In this document: positions 24,648 through 36,554 of the stretch, piece by piece
How the letters are laid out: every line of letters starts with the position of its first letter
Numbering within the stretch: the first letter of the stretch is position 1
Source: Fistulifera solaris
Lineage: Eukaryota
Length of the DNA: 56,388 bases
Reading direction: 5' to 3'
NCBI GenBank assembly: GCA_030295235.1
Contig: AP026179.1
Span: forward strand, 310,001-366,388
Program-made: the position numbers and the translations under genes
Notes under the pieces: generated by a model
What the model was told of the DNA's origin: nothing
Seen by the model: only the letters and a program-made list of their open reading frames with translations
Databases searched by the model: none

Positions 24648-25667
24648 ATGACAAATCGACAAACGGCGTTGCCTCTATTTGACGAGCCGACCTTGTCGGA
24701 TATTTACATGAGCGACATGGAAGACGACGACGACGATGACTTGAGTGACGATTCGATGGCGAGCTCTGCCGTGTTTCCTGTACAACGGATGTCGCAACAG
24801 AATGATGTGTTGATTGCGGAACTGCCAGCGAAAAGTCTATCCATGATAAAAACCGTGCCAAGTCCGATGAAAACAACGAATCGCCACCATCGCTCGCGAA
24901 GATCACGTCACTCGTACCGACGACAACAACCGAGTCCTGGAGAAGATCCACCGGGATACGATGCTACCTTGGATTTGACGCGCTTTATTTATACGTTACC
25001 GGACGTGCATGAAGAAGAACCTTCCAAGGCTTCGACGATGCCCAAGGACCCAACGTTGATTGACCCGTATGTGCAGCAACGGCGCTTACATTTGTGCGTC
25101 ATTTTCCTTAGCTGCATGTTCTTGTTGCTGGGGATTACGGTCGCCGTTATCGGTTCGACCATCTATCAAGAAGAGGAAGTCCCAACGGCTACCGCTGCCA
25201 GTGTCGCTCTCGAACAGGAAGATGGTGGTAGTTTACCCGCCGTGCCCATTGATCTCCCGGATAATCTTTTTAGAGTTCGTCCTCCGTCACTGTCGCCGTC
25301 TCGTGGGGATACTACATTTCCTTCGGCATTGAAAGATACTATTGCACCAACCGCCATGCCTACGTTGCGTGAAGTAACACGACCTGTGGCCCCTCCGAGT
25401 AGGCGACCGACCTTACGACCGACACGAACACCCGCCATGCAATCCACACAATCGCCTTCGTCGCCGCCGCCGATCTTGGAACTTTTGGAAGTGCAAGTGT
25501 CGCCCCCGTCGCGAGCACCCACACGCGCCCCCGTGACGGCCCGTCCGACACCAGTTCGATCGTTCGCTCCCACCCCCAAACGCGTTGAGTGGACGTCAGC
25601 GCCCGTGGAAGAGACGTTCGAGCCCACGGTACCTGGAAAGAAACCAAAAGGAGAAAAACGGCAATAA
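24648..25667 (+). CDS. Single-pass membrane protein with Pro/Thr-rich C-terminal region, copy 2
   Basis: 339-aa paralog of 14980-16008, inside duplicated block ~24458-25759 = ~14787-16100. Confidence 0.75.
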   Translation: MTNRQTALPLFDEPTLSDIYMSDMEDDDDDDLSDDSMASSAVFPVQRMSQQNDVLIAELPAKSLSMIKTVPSPMKTTNRHHRSRRSRHSYRRQQPSPGEDPPGYDATLDLTRFIYTLPDVHEEEPSKASTMPKDPTLIDPYVQQRRLHLCVIFLSCMFLLLGITVAVIGSTIYQEEEVPTATAASVALEQEDGGSLPAVPIDLPDNLFRVRPPSLSPSRGDTTFPSALKDTIAPTAMPTLREVTRPVAPPSRRPTLRPTRTPAMQSTQSPSSPPPILELLEVQVSPPSRAPTRAPVTARPTPVRSFAPTPKRVEWTSAPVEETFEPTVPGKKPKGEKRQ

Positions 25668-25790
25668 GGTTTAGTAGGATATGCTTTCTTTGTTTCTAGA
25701 CTCATCATTGCGGAAAAGGATCGCCCATTTGAAGTCGAACGTCACAACCGCTTTATCACAGTTGTTACAGATCATCAGAAAACATTTTTT

Positions 25791-27363
25791 TTAAATCCGT
25801 ATTGGGTCGTATTGCCCGTTCATTGTTTCAAATGCGTATTCTTTTCCGTATGGCTCGCTTTTTATTTTTAACGACGGTGCGAATATTGAAATCTGTATAA
25901 TAACTCCAGGAGTACACTTCTCTCGAAACACCTGCCCAAACTTTGCTAGTAAACATGAGTTTCCCATCAGAGTCGAAACGTTTTAAAGACAAATATTGTG
26001 TGTACAATTGAGATGCTTTGAAACATCGCGTTGTTACATAAAACAACAAGAGTCCATTGTCCTTGGGTCCTGGTTGAATCACAATACTTTCAATGATGCC
26101 CGGCGCCGATTGATCGACCTCATGAGTTCCCATATCAAAGTCTGAGAGCATGCCCGGAACAGTTGCTCCCGTCACCTTAGCTACCGTTGAAAAGTCAAAA
26201 GTAGGGAAAATGGATGCTTGCAAATTCCAGCGAGTTGCTGTAAACGGCTGTGGTGGTGTAATCTCTTTGCAAAGATCTCCGGCAACCATAATAGAAGCTG
26301 ATGCCATCTGACATGCTTTTTTCGGCCTTATTGAGGGCCCTCGCAAGCAGCCGCAATCAGAATTCCTTCTCCCGTAGGTCCAGCTGCCAGTAAGTCTATA
26401 GCCGCACCGATTGCTATGCATGTTGTAGTTTTGAAAGTATCTATCTGAAGTGCGGTGCAAGTGAGGTCCAAAGTTTCAACGGCAAGTTCGCAAACTTCCT
26501 CCACAGCTGTTGTATCGTCTTCCCGTCTGGACATTGATCCAGAAATAATATTTGCCATTGTACGGCGTACTCCATACGCAACCGTCTTTTGTGTAAGATT
26601 GTGAGTCTTCTGAGAGTTCGTAACAAAGACGAAGATTTGCGTCGGTGTACGGTTCACCACACTTGATGATTTGAAGCACGACACGTCGATAACCAGATGA
26701 AGTATCAGCGCTTCTAACAACACTGTCTTCCAACACCTCAATTCGAGTGTATCCCCTTCGTTGGCATCGCTCGGACTTTGAGAAACAAATCCATCAGGTT
26801 GCAAATTCACCGTCAAGTCAGCGGTACGCGAAGTGATGTTCGACGACGAAACTCGATTCGGTCTTCCGTGTTCAACGATGTTGCGTATCGCGTACCGTTG
26901 ATCTCCACTGCAATATCAGCCTCATCTAGAGAAGTCCAGTTAATATCGAGGATGAAATCTTCCGCGGTGTTTGAAACCCTGCCAATGCGTCTGTTCTCAT
27001 CAACATGCAAAGTCACTAAGTCGTAATCGCCGCCGACAAAGAAATCGGTGATAGTGCTTGCGGTGCCGTTGATGTTCTTTGCTCCGTGAATCTCAATCTT
27101 TTCTCCCCATATATTGTCGAAAGGATCTTGCTCCCTGGCCCTGAATCAAAAGTAAAGTCGTTGACATCGATCTTCTCTTCCTTGTCGCGACGGTTCTTGA
27201 AGAAATAGCTTCGATCTAGCAAGATGGAGTTCTCCGCTGCCTTCGTTGAGTAAGCCGAAAACGGCACGGCCCCTTTCGACACAAGCAGTAATGCAGTAGT
27301 TACGACCCCAAACAGAAGCGCAAAGCGACGTGCATTGTAGAGCTGGTGTGATGTGTTTGTCAT
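25791..27363 (-). CDS. Signal-anchored/secreted protein family, paralog C (several frameshifts: errors or pseudogene)
   Basis: Starts MTNTSHQLYNARRFALLFGVVTTALLLV; colinear with A and B; third variant of the C-terminal domain. Confidence 0.65.
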
Positions 27364-27921
27364 CGTGAATCTCTAGTCTTGGGAACGGCGTTTGGAAATG
27401 AAACAGAGCAGATAAACTCACAATGCACGCCTTTTCATGTATTTGCGATGAAATGAAATTTTTGCTCAATTGTCACAAAATCTGTGATTGCAACAGATGT
27501 ACAACGTACAGGCCGTAATGAACGTCTATTTTGCCGATCATTCAAAACCATCAAATTGTGAACAACATCCGATGAAGTTGAGCGGATAGCGTTCACATAT
27601 CTATTCAACTCCAACTGTTATTGCACGTTCTCATCCATTCCAGTCCTTTCCAGGATAATCTAAGATCCTTGGCTGTTCAAATAGATGAGAACCACTACAA
27701 TAGATAAACGTTAAGCCGCGCATGACTCAACCTATCATCCCGAACCCTAACAAATCAGAATTCATTTACTCTAGTGCATCATCAATCATCAATCATCATT
27801 CATCATGCTGTTCGAGTTCGAGGTGTGAGCTGGAACGAGCTACTGTAAGGTTTACATGGAATTACAGTCAAGAGTCAAGCCAGACAGTACTGCATGAACG
27901 CCTTTTGTTGCTTGTTGCTTA

Positions 27922-27993
27922 CCTACAGGGAGACACGGGAACGCACCTCTGCTTGGTACATTTTTCTACGGGGGCCTACGTGAGTGTACACTT
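27922..27993 (+). repeat. 72-bp dispersed element, copy 2
   Basis: Identical to 21205-21276. Confidence 0.85.
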
Positions 27994-28249
27994 GGTAGTA
28001 TATGGTATGTCATGTTTGACCTTCATCTTCATATCATCATCGTCGTCGTAGTATCAGGTACCGGTATCCCAAACCACAAGATTCATTGAGAGGTCCAATA
28101 TTGTTGCCATTAGATGAACTCCCAACTCCCAAGAGTTCACATGCGTGCGCCTAAATGCCGTGCAACACTGATGTGAACGGCGACTGGCCCGTTTAAGAAA
28201 ATAAAGTGATGATGAATCGTAACTCTACTTGTGATCAATTAATGACTGA

Positions 28250-29367
28250 TTACTGAGCGAATGCGTCCAAGAGAAGGACCCCCAACACAACTCCAGCTAC
28301 ATGAGAATATAGATCAACGGAATTGAAGAAGGGGCCCGATCCAGACGATGCAGATGTTGTCGGTTCAGGGTTATTGTCAGACGAGTTGCTTCTCGCACCC
28401 GAGGGCGAACCCGTCGTTTCGACTGGAGCTGATTCATCCGTAGCAGTAGGTGGTGATGGTGTCACAGGATTAGCGACAGGTGCTGGTACCGGTGCCGGTT
28501 CCGGTTCTCCCTCGACGATGCCTGCGACTGCAACGTAAATTCAAACAATTGACCGTCCGAATTGGCGGGCTCGGAAACTAAAATGTAGTACTCGATACCA
28601 GTCTCGGCGGTCCACTCGATTGTGGATCCCCATGTACTACCGGAAGTGACACAAGCGTCTCCATCGCCACTACGAGATTGGATCCCCAACACTTCTCGGG
28701 TATTGCCGGTGGTGGCTCGCAGAGCCAGCGATTCTTGAGCATAAGTGGTAGTGTACTTGAACCAAACTCCGTTTTCACCAAACAAACCGCAGACGTCTTG
28801 AGAAAAATCCGAAAGTGCACCTACTGTGGTGAAATCCCCCCGAAAAGGAAGATCATCTTGTGTCAACGCAACAGCAGTCTCCATGCTGTCGTTTACGGGA
28901 GGCTCTAACTCTTCGACGAAAAGCGTATAGGGGTCACTCCCATCGGCGTCACTAAAGACGTAGAGGAGATACTCGACTCCAACTTCTGCTTGGAAGACCA
29001 AATCGTTAGAAGTGGCCAAGGAAGACGAATCTTCACATTTCAGAGAATCACAAGAGCCCGTAACAGCTACCGTTGCCACCGCAAAAATAAATTCTTCCAT
29101 CACTTCCACAGACACGCGGACCATGGTTGGTTTCGAAGCAATGTAACGGAACCAAAAGCCAGCTGGAAAGGCCGAAGATCCCGAGGCTAGAGCGTCATCG
29201 CAGATAGAGAGAGGAAGATAGTAGGAATTATCCACAGGTTCTACCGATGACGGAGTGAATGTAAAAGGCGCCGTAATGCTTTGTGGAGCACTGCAAGACG
29301 TTTGAGCCTGCACCAGAGCTGTCTGGAGCGTCGTCGTGAGCAACGCTAATAGTAACGACACCATCAT
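28250..29367 (-). CDS. Secreted, probably GPI-anchored surface protein with two related beta domains
   Basis: Signal peptide MMVSLLLALLTTTLQTALVQA. Internal repeat GFWFRY..AEVGVEYLLYV / GVWFKY..AETGIEYYILV. After one indel at ~28521 a Pro/Ser/Thr stalk and hydrophobic C-terminus (VAGVVLGVLLL) follow. Confidence 0.7.
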
Positions 29368-29704
29368 GAAGCAGTAGTCATGGCGACGAAAGAAAGGCGA
29401 GCGATTATGAATCATTTCAACGCGTTGTACAGATGGTAAGAGGAAAATACAAATGCAAAAAGTTCTTGGTTGGCACATTTTGATTTGGTTGCGATGGATT
29501 ATTATTTGCGAATTGAAGTGCGAGGATGACGTTCGGGGGCAATGCTCTCTTCTGTACAGGTATAATAATGATTTATTTAGTTATGTTAAGGTTATTTTGA
29601 ACTGTACTGTTGACTAACTCTAGTGACTGAAATGTCATACTGTCATACGTGGGAGGGGGGAGGGGCAATACTGAAACTACAGTAACAATCCAATTTTGAG
29701 TTTT

Positions 29705-29784
29705 GACCAGGAACGTGGGGAAAAAGTGTACATTTACGTAGGCCCGCGTAGAAAATGTACCAAACACAGTTGCGTTCCCGTATC
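29705..29784 (-). repeat. 72-bp dispersed element, copy 3 (inverted, diverged)
   Basis: Reverse complement reads GATACGGGAACGCAACTGTGTTTGGTACATTTTCTACGCGGGCCTACGTAAATGTACACTTTTTCCC, matching 21215-21282. Confidence 0.8.
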
Positions 29785-30426
29785 AACGTGACTGAGGTTA
29801 CGAAGGATGTCGCAGAGGAGCTAACGAGACGTCTCAATTCTCCGTCCGCCATATAATACTATCAAACGAAACGAGCAACAAATCCTCCTCTTTGGCGAAT
29901 GGTTTAGTGAGCGAGCAAAGAGAGGGATTAGTGAGAAGCGAAGTTTGAACGTTGTTGCTTGCGTCGAGCCTGACAATAGCTTGTCAAGTACGATAATCAC
30001 GGCAATATGATGAACGGATTCCATTCTTACCAGAAGCATGAGGAAAGAGTCCCGTATCGTTTGGCAAAGGCTAAAACAACCTAAAGATATGACCAGACTC
30101 TCATTATTAAGATGCATAAGAATCTTCGACGTGCGGCGGTTTTGGGCAGCGAAACGATATCGCGCCTACATCTACGGCTTATTTTCATCCCAGAACCTTA
30201 CACACGAGCTACAATTGGTTTCGTCTTAGTCGATGCCGAAACGGGATGCTTCACACTTAAAGATAGGAACACTACGTTATCTCGCTCATACAACTATGAT
30301 GAATAATAGTCACACAATGTGGTGCGGCATATTATGTAATGCAGTCAACGACTAAGCTTTCAATAAAGAACGTCGCAGTCGCCATGTTAAATCACCGTCG
30401 TTGAGATCATCATACAGAAACAGAGC

Positions 30427-33400
30427 CTAATCAACAATCCGTTTCAAGATCTTGTGCAACAGACGCTGAGCAACAGCGTAAGTAGCTTCTTGGTTTCTTG
30501 CCAGAACTAGGCGGTATTTCGGATCCTGCTTACTGAATCTATTGCGATTGGAGTTTTCAACAAGTATGTGAGACCGGCGAGAAGAGACGACGTCGTAAAC
30601 AGCTTGCAGACGCTTCTTGTTTTCTTTCGACTTGCAATAGCCCTGTGTAAAACGTGAGAGATAGAGATAATGCGAGAGGAGCAGCAGTAAAACGTACCAT
30701 CAGATCCACGTTTTCCTTGAGAGACTTCAACAACAATGCAACGGAAAGGCTAAAAACAATTTCCTTGTCGCGGAACATTTGAAGCAAGTCCAAGTAAATT
30801 CGAACGCCAGTGAGTGTTGCGACCGAGTTTAAATGTTCGTCGAACCGTGCAACGTTCGATAATGTCAAAAGGATCCACTCCAAGAGCTCAACATGCGGAA
30901 GACTCCGATTGCAGCTTCTCACGAGAGAAAAAAGAATATCGGGCGCTCCTGCGCGCGTGAATGCTGTGCAACAGTGATGTGAATAACGAGTGGCACGTTC
31001 AAGAAACTTAATCGAGTCAAGAATGTCCGAAAGACCCGAGCTCTTTCGCAGCCTGTTCAAGGCTCGCTTAGTCTTGTTACATAACCGAAGATCAGGATTC
31101 ATTGTCGAGTTATTCTGCGCGGCTTCAATTCTCTGCAATCGGCTTGCCGCTAAAGGATCCTTTGCGCGAACAGAAAAACCACGGAATGCGGCTTGAAGTT
31201 GAACGAAACCGGCTGTCATTTTTCGGAATACCTTCTGCATTCGACACTGCTTCCAGCATAAAGCTATTTTTCTGGCGGATATATGCTCCAGCATGCGCCG
31301 AAAGTGTTCTCGGTAACGGCATTGGATGATCCGGGCAGAGCGCTCTTTGCAGAAGCTTATTGCGAGATGTTCCTCTCTGCACGATTCAGCGTGCTTTCTA
31401 CCCAACCAGCCACGGAACAGAGATTGGATAGTCACGGCAGAGAGCTCCATACAAATGAAATACGTAACACTGACATAGGCACGCCATGCTCCCTGAATTT
31501 GAGTAGCGGCGAAATGCTGCAATGCCAAATCTGCTCTTTGGATGTGACCACGGACAACTCTTTGCACCTGGGTGATGGCTATTTTCCGAACAAGAAACTT
31601 GGACCGGAGAAGAAACATCCTCGTTGTGGCTTGAATCTTTATAGCGCTAAATGATTGTCTCGTCAAGTGCCTTTTGACTATAGCACGTCTTGCTATTGAC
31701 TGAAGACGTACTATGGCAGCCTTTCTCTGAGCACCCATCGATATTGCGATGAAGCGACGGGCAGCTGCCTGGATCTGAATGCAACTCAGGATAGCCATCA
31801 TGTAATCGACATGCTTTGTATAGCATCTCCAGGTTTTCTGAAGTTTCGTGGCAGCGCGAACACGCCGCGTAGAGGCTCGAACGAGGCAGTCCCTCACAAA
31901 GCGTTGAAGAATTATGGCTGCTGATCCTTTTGCACGTGACTGAGAAAAGCGTTTTTCATTCTATACATACGAACGACCGATTGAATCCTTATAACTGAAT
32001 TTCTCCGCTCAATAGCCGCCTGCCTTGCCATCCACATCCGTGCAACAGCCTGGACAATGACGATATCAACCAATTCGATGTAGTAATCGATTCGGGCCAC
32101 ATGCCCCCTGAATACACGTTGAATTTGGATGGCACTCACTCTCACATTCACCGTCTCTCTTCGCACAAGATAGCCACGGAATCGGCTTTGAATGTTTTGC
32201 GCGGCTCTTATCTCATTGTTTCGAGCTACGACCATCATATTCATAGCACGTTTTGCGAGCCAAACCCGGCATGCGCGTTGAATGATCAAGAGATAAGCTC
32301 TTCTTCTCACAGCCAGTTGACAAGACAACCATTTCCGTACACAGGACTGGATTCGGATTGTGCGAGATCGAATAAGTGAATACCTTTTCGTAGCTATGTA
32401 TGACCGACAGATAGTTTGCGCGAAAATGATTTGCAGCCGCATAAACTGGTACTTCGTTTTTGCTGACTTTTGCCGGGTCCACGCTTGAAGAACACTAGCC
32501 GCTTTATGCAATCGCAATATTTCGTTCCTCGATCTCATTCCTCTGATGCGCGATTGTAATCTCTTGACACCCAAGTCGACTATGGGCAAAAGTTTGGTAA
32601 GATATCTGTTTCGTAAAGAATAACTTCTCCAAGTTGCTTGAAGGGAACAGGCTGCATAAACAGCATTATGAAAATGCTTACGCGCTTTCAAGCTTCGCCA
32701 ATAATTTTGAATAACAGTTGCGTGTTGTCTCTTCATGTAAAAAAGCAGAACGTGCAACGTAATACCTATATGCCGTCTGTATGCGTAGGCAGGCGCGCAA
32801 GAGGATACTTACACGAGATATGGCACCGTGTCGGCGCCAAGCACTCTGGATTCGAGTGGCAGCCTGGCGTCTCGACTCTATATCCTTCTCAATAAGGATT
32901 TTTACTCGATATCGAAGATAAGCGATCTGATTTGAAGAATCAAATAAGTTCGATAAAACTGGAAATGAAATAGGATTTGTTCGGCAAAATACATACCTGG
33001 ATACAACGAGCTAAACGATTTTCTTTGTGAGCCTTGCGAGCAAGAAGATGAGTTTTGGTCTTTTTTTGCAAAAGTAATACAGCTTGACGGCGCTTCTTAT
33101 ATTCCTGTCCTGCAAGGAAGCGCCTGGCTAAAGCTTGCACAGTTATAATATCGATGAATGCGAGCTGGAGATTGACCTGAGCCAGGAACCCTTTCCAAAT
33201 CCGCTGAATCTTACATGCGGATTGGACCATTTTAGTGTAACGACGAGCTCGGAAGGCTTTCCATTGCTTTAGGATAACTGATGAGGCCGCTAAGATCAGC
33301 TTTTGATGCAATCGCGAAACATTATTACGCCACCAATGCTGAATTGCGACGGCTGCATCGTCTCGAATCATTTGCTTGACCATCATACGAGTCCACCACA

Positions 33401-36001
33401 ACTGAATGATCATTGCTGCGTTAATCCTCTCCGTTACGACTCCCGTTCGTTTTGAAGCCAAGAAACGGCGTACATGTTTCTACCGAGCTGTGAGATTTAC
33501 TACAACTACTATACAAATTAAAATCATGATCATTCGCTTACCTGGATAATAACCGCCTTCTGATGTGTCTGTTCACGGCTTAGTCGCAACAGGGAAAACT
33601 TGTTCTTGTATCGGAGTACAAAGTTCTCTAGCACGGCGACTGCTTTCGCATAAGTACAGCGCTGTGAAGAATAGTACACTTCTCGATGTATCTCCCACGC
33701 ACTCCAGATCAACCTTGCAGCTTCTTTTCGTCGCAGCTCCATTTTCCGCTCGCTATAAGCCCGATAGGCAAATTGAATCAAGCGGGTCGCTCGGTCTTCC
33801 GCACTGGACGAAAGTAAACGAGAGCAAAGACAAGTTAACGCAAGCAACATGGATTCTTCAGAAGGTTTAGCTGGGATGATTTGGTGCGGCATTCCACCCA
33901 AACGAACTAACACTTTGTTAGCACGCTTCGCGTTTTCCTTAGCGGAATGCTCGGAGTAGTCGATATCCTCAATACGTAGAAGCCGAGGATGGTAATAATG
34001 TATCAATATGCAAACAGAGACTCCATCAAAGAAAGATGATGTCCAATTTTGTACAGACCGACCGAAACGACGACACACCAAATCAGCCCATATTAGCAAG
34101 CTGCCCTTGAGATCAGGTGGAACAAAGGGGAAATTCGAGAATGAACGAAGTCGCTCGAGTCGTTCAATCTCTTCGTGCACTCTTTCCACGGGTAGCAAAT
34201 CATCCAAGCAAGACTTTGCTAGAAGAGTCCACAGCAATAAGAATACTCGATCGCGATACCCATCGACAATATGATGAGCCAAAACCTTACTGTCCGGTAC
34301 AAGATGCATCAACTCTCCGAGGACACGTTGTAAATTACGTATTTTTTGCAGACGGGAGCCGGCTGGAATTTCCAATTTCTGAATCAGCTCAAATCGAGGC
34401 AAGTGCAATAGTTCTTCGGCCCAACGTGCCAAGCGTGTCCCATCTCGTAAATCAGTAGCGAGATTGACAATGCGAAAATCAAGTTCATCGACTACCGACT
34501 GCTGATACACCACTTTCAAACCTTGTCGTTCCAGATGGCGAGCAAAATTACCCTGGCCATGGAGGACAATTCGACTCAGTGCGTTTAAAATGTCTTTCAT
34601 TGCTTTGTACTTCGAATTCGCGTTGAAAAGGGGTTGGTCAAAACAATGAGCCTGCGTTGCTTCTTCCAGAAAGAAGAAAAGCACCAGTACACGATACAAT
34701 ACGAGCTGCCGCATCTCCTGTTTGTAGTCCTTTTCGAAGCGACCCGAAGGGACTTTGCATTTTCCTCGTGTATACTTTTTGAGAAGTTTCCGATCGAACA
34801 GTAGACGATCCAAGATGAAATCTTTCATGGTCATCTTGTTGGGAATATCACCCAACATCGTTTCGAGACCAAGCCGAAGCCACTGCGGCTGAAAGGACTG
34901 AAGGAGCTCCATGACCTCGGCACGAACAGTGAGATCCGCGTGAATATCTTTGTCGGTGCGAATAGTGACGCGGCCAGTCGAAATTTCGGAATGGAGCGTG
35001 TCGCGCGTGGTTGACATGCTGACAAAAACGGCTCGTGCTTTCAATCGCGCCTTGGCGTATCGTTGATGCCATTGCAGCGTATCTGCTTCGTCTGGGGGAC
35101 ACAAAATGTAATTTAGAAATGTAGTGAAGGTTTCTTCTTGTTGACTAGCCCACGCTTCCTTGTTTTTTCTTTTCGTCGGCACTTGTGGTTGCAGTCGGAG
35201 GCATCAATTGAATCGGAGACATGATCGTTTTTGCTTTTACTTTTCCCATTCGTGCTTTTTTTCTGAGAGGAGCGACCGGGCACAAAGCTACTTTGTTTTC
35301 GAGGGATCGGTGGTTTCTTTGGTGGTCTTGTTCCCTGCGCGGCTTCGCAAAACACACTAGAGAGATCCATGCAAACCCCGGCTGACTTGGTAGTGCTGGG
35401 AGGCGTCATGACCGCTTCCATGAGCCCTTTCAACGCGGCATCAAGACTCGCATCACCTTGTGATGTAGAAATTGGTTCCGGTGGTAGATTCTGAGGAATA
35501 GCAGACGTATCAATGACCAAAGCTGGCGCCGTCGAACTAACGATCGTCGGAGGTACATTGACTGGAGCAGGAGAGTGTCGGGGTGCTTCCGTAAATTTCT
35601 GCAAAGTTGATTTGAAAATACTTGATTTAGGTTTTGATTCTTTTATTGCGACTGGATTGCTTTCCGTAGAACCGGGTATCGCTTTGGAAGATAGTATTTT
35701 TGTTGTGTTTGTTGTCATTGTCGAGAAAACGCCCGTTGTGGGTAGCACGGAGTTGTCTACAACCGGAGAAGATAGCGAAATGAAGGAAGAGTCTCCTGAC
35801 AATTGCATTTCTTGAGACAACATCGAGCGCGGTGTCAATGTCGCTCGAACAGCACGACGAAACGAAGGTGTAGCATTCTCTGTAGCCGTCCTATCTCCAA
35901 ATAATTGGGATTGCTTTTTTCTTTGCTGTCGACATTTTCTCTTCCTGGTTGGTGCGGCGACCAAGCGGTTGTCGTTTAGAAGAATGTAAGGCTTCCATCA
36001 T
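30427..36001 (-). CDS. ASPM: Abnormal spindle-like microcephaly-associated protein homolog
   Basis: Disordered N-terminus with D-box-like RQPLGRRTN. ASPM-type CH region (WLRLGLE, DFRIVNLATDLRDGTRLAR, HHIVDGYRD, NWTSSFFDG). Many IQ motifs and ARM-like end (RSCNRSLPH). Introns at ~33480-33541, ~32927-32996 and 30643-30697, plus several indels. Confidence 0.88.
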
Positions 36002-36554
36002 CGCGTATTTCCGTAGTCAATGGGTCAAAACGAGCAGAAAAATGCCATATCAATTGTAATGATGGCCATGGTCTTTGCGAATCAACAGAAAAATCACAAT
36101 TGTTGTCGTTATCGGTCGACTGCCGGTTGCAAACAACGAGGCCGGCGACAAGAGTAGTTAAATATAGCAATTTGAATGATGTTTTCTTTTAAATGTCAAA
36201 TGTCACTTCTTTTTTTACGTTTCTAGTATAGCTACACACTGTAGGCTTATATTCGATCGAAATCCGTTGGTATTGGTATGCGTTGACTGTGATTTACAAT
36301 CCAACAGATTTGACTGTCCGTCGCTCCTCATGTTGACCTTTGGTGTTCGGGAGTGGATGACGTGGACCAACGAAGACACTTCTTTCGAGTTTCGAGTTCC
36401 GACGAAAACGAGAAAATGAATTTCATCGGAAGAAACAGGAGAAAAACGAAAGCAACAGTCATAAACACAAGCCGACAAAACGTTCCATGGACAAGACGAA
36501 TCTCGAACGAATCACTTTTCTCTCCCTTTCCTACCGTATAGTTCTGTCTTGATA

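Noticed and set aside
16417..26100. Diversity-generating retroelement behind the variable C-termini
   Set aside because: There is no reverse transcriptase or template repeat in the window, and the differences are not adenine-specific.
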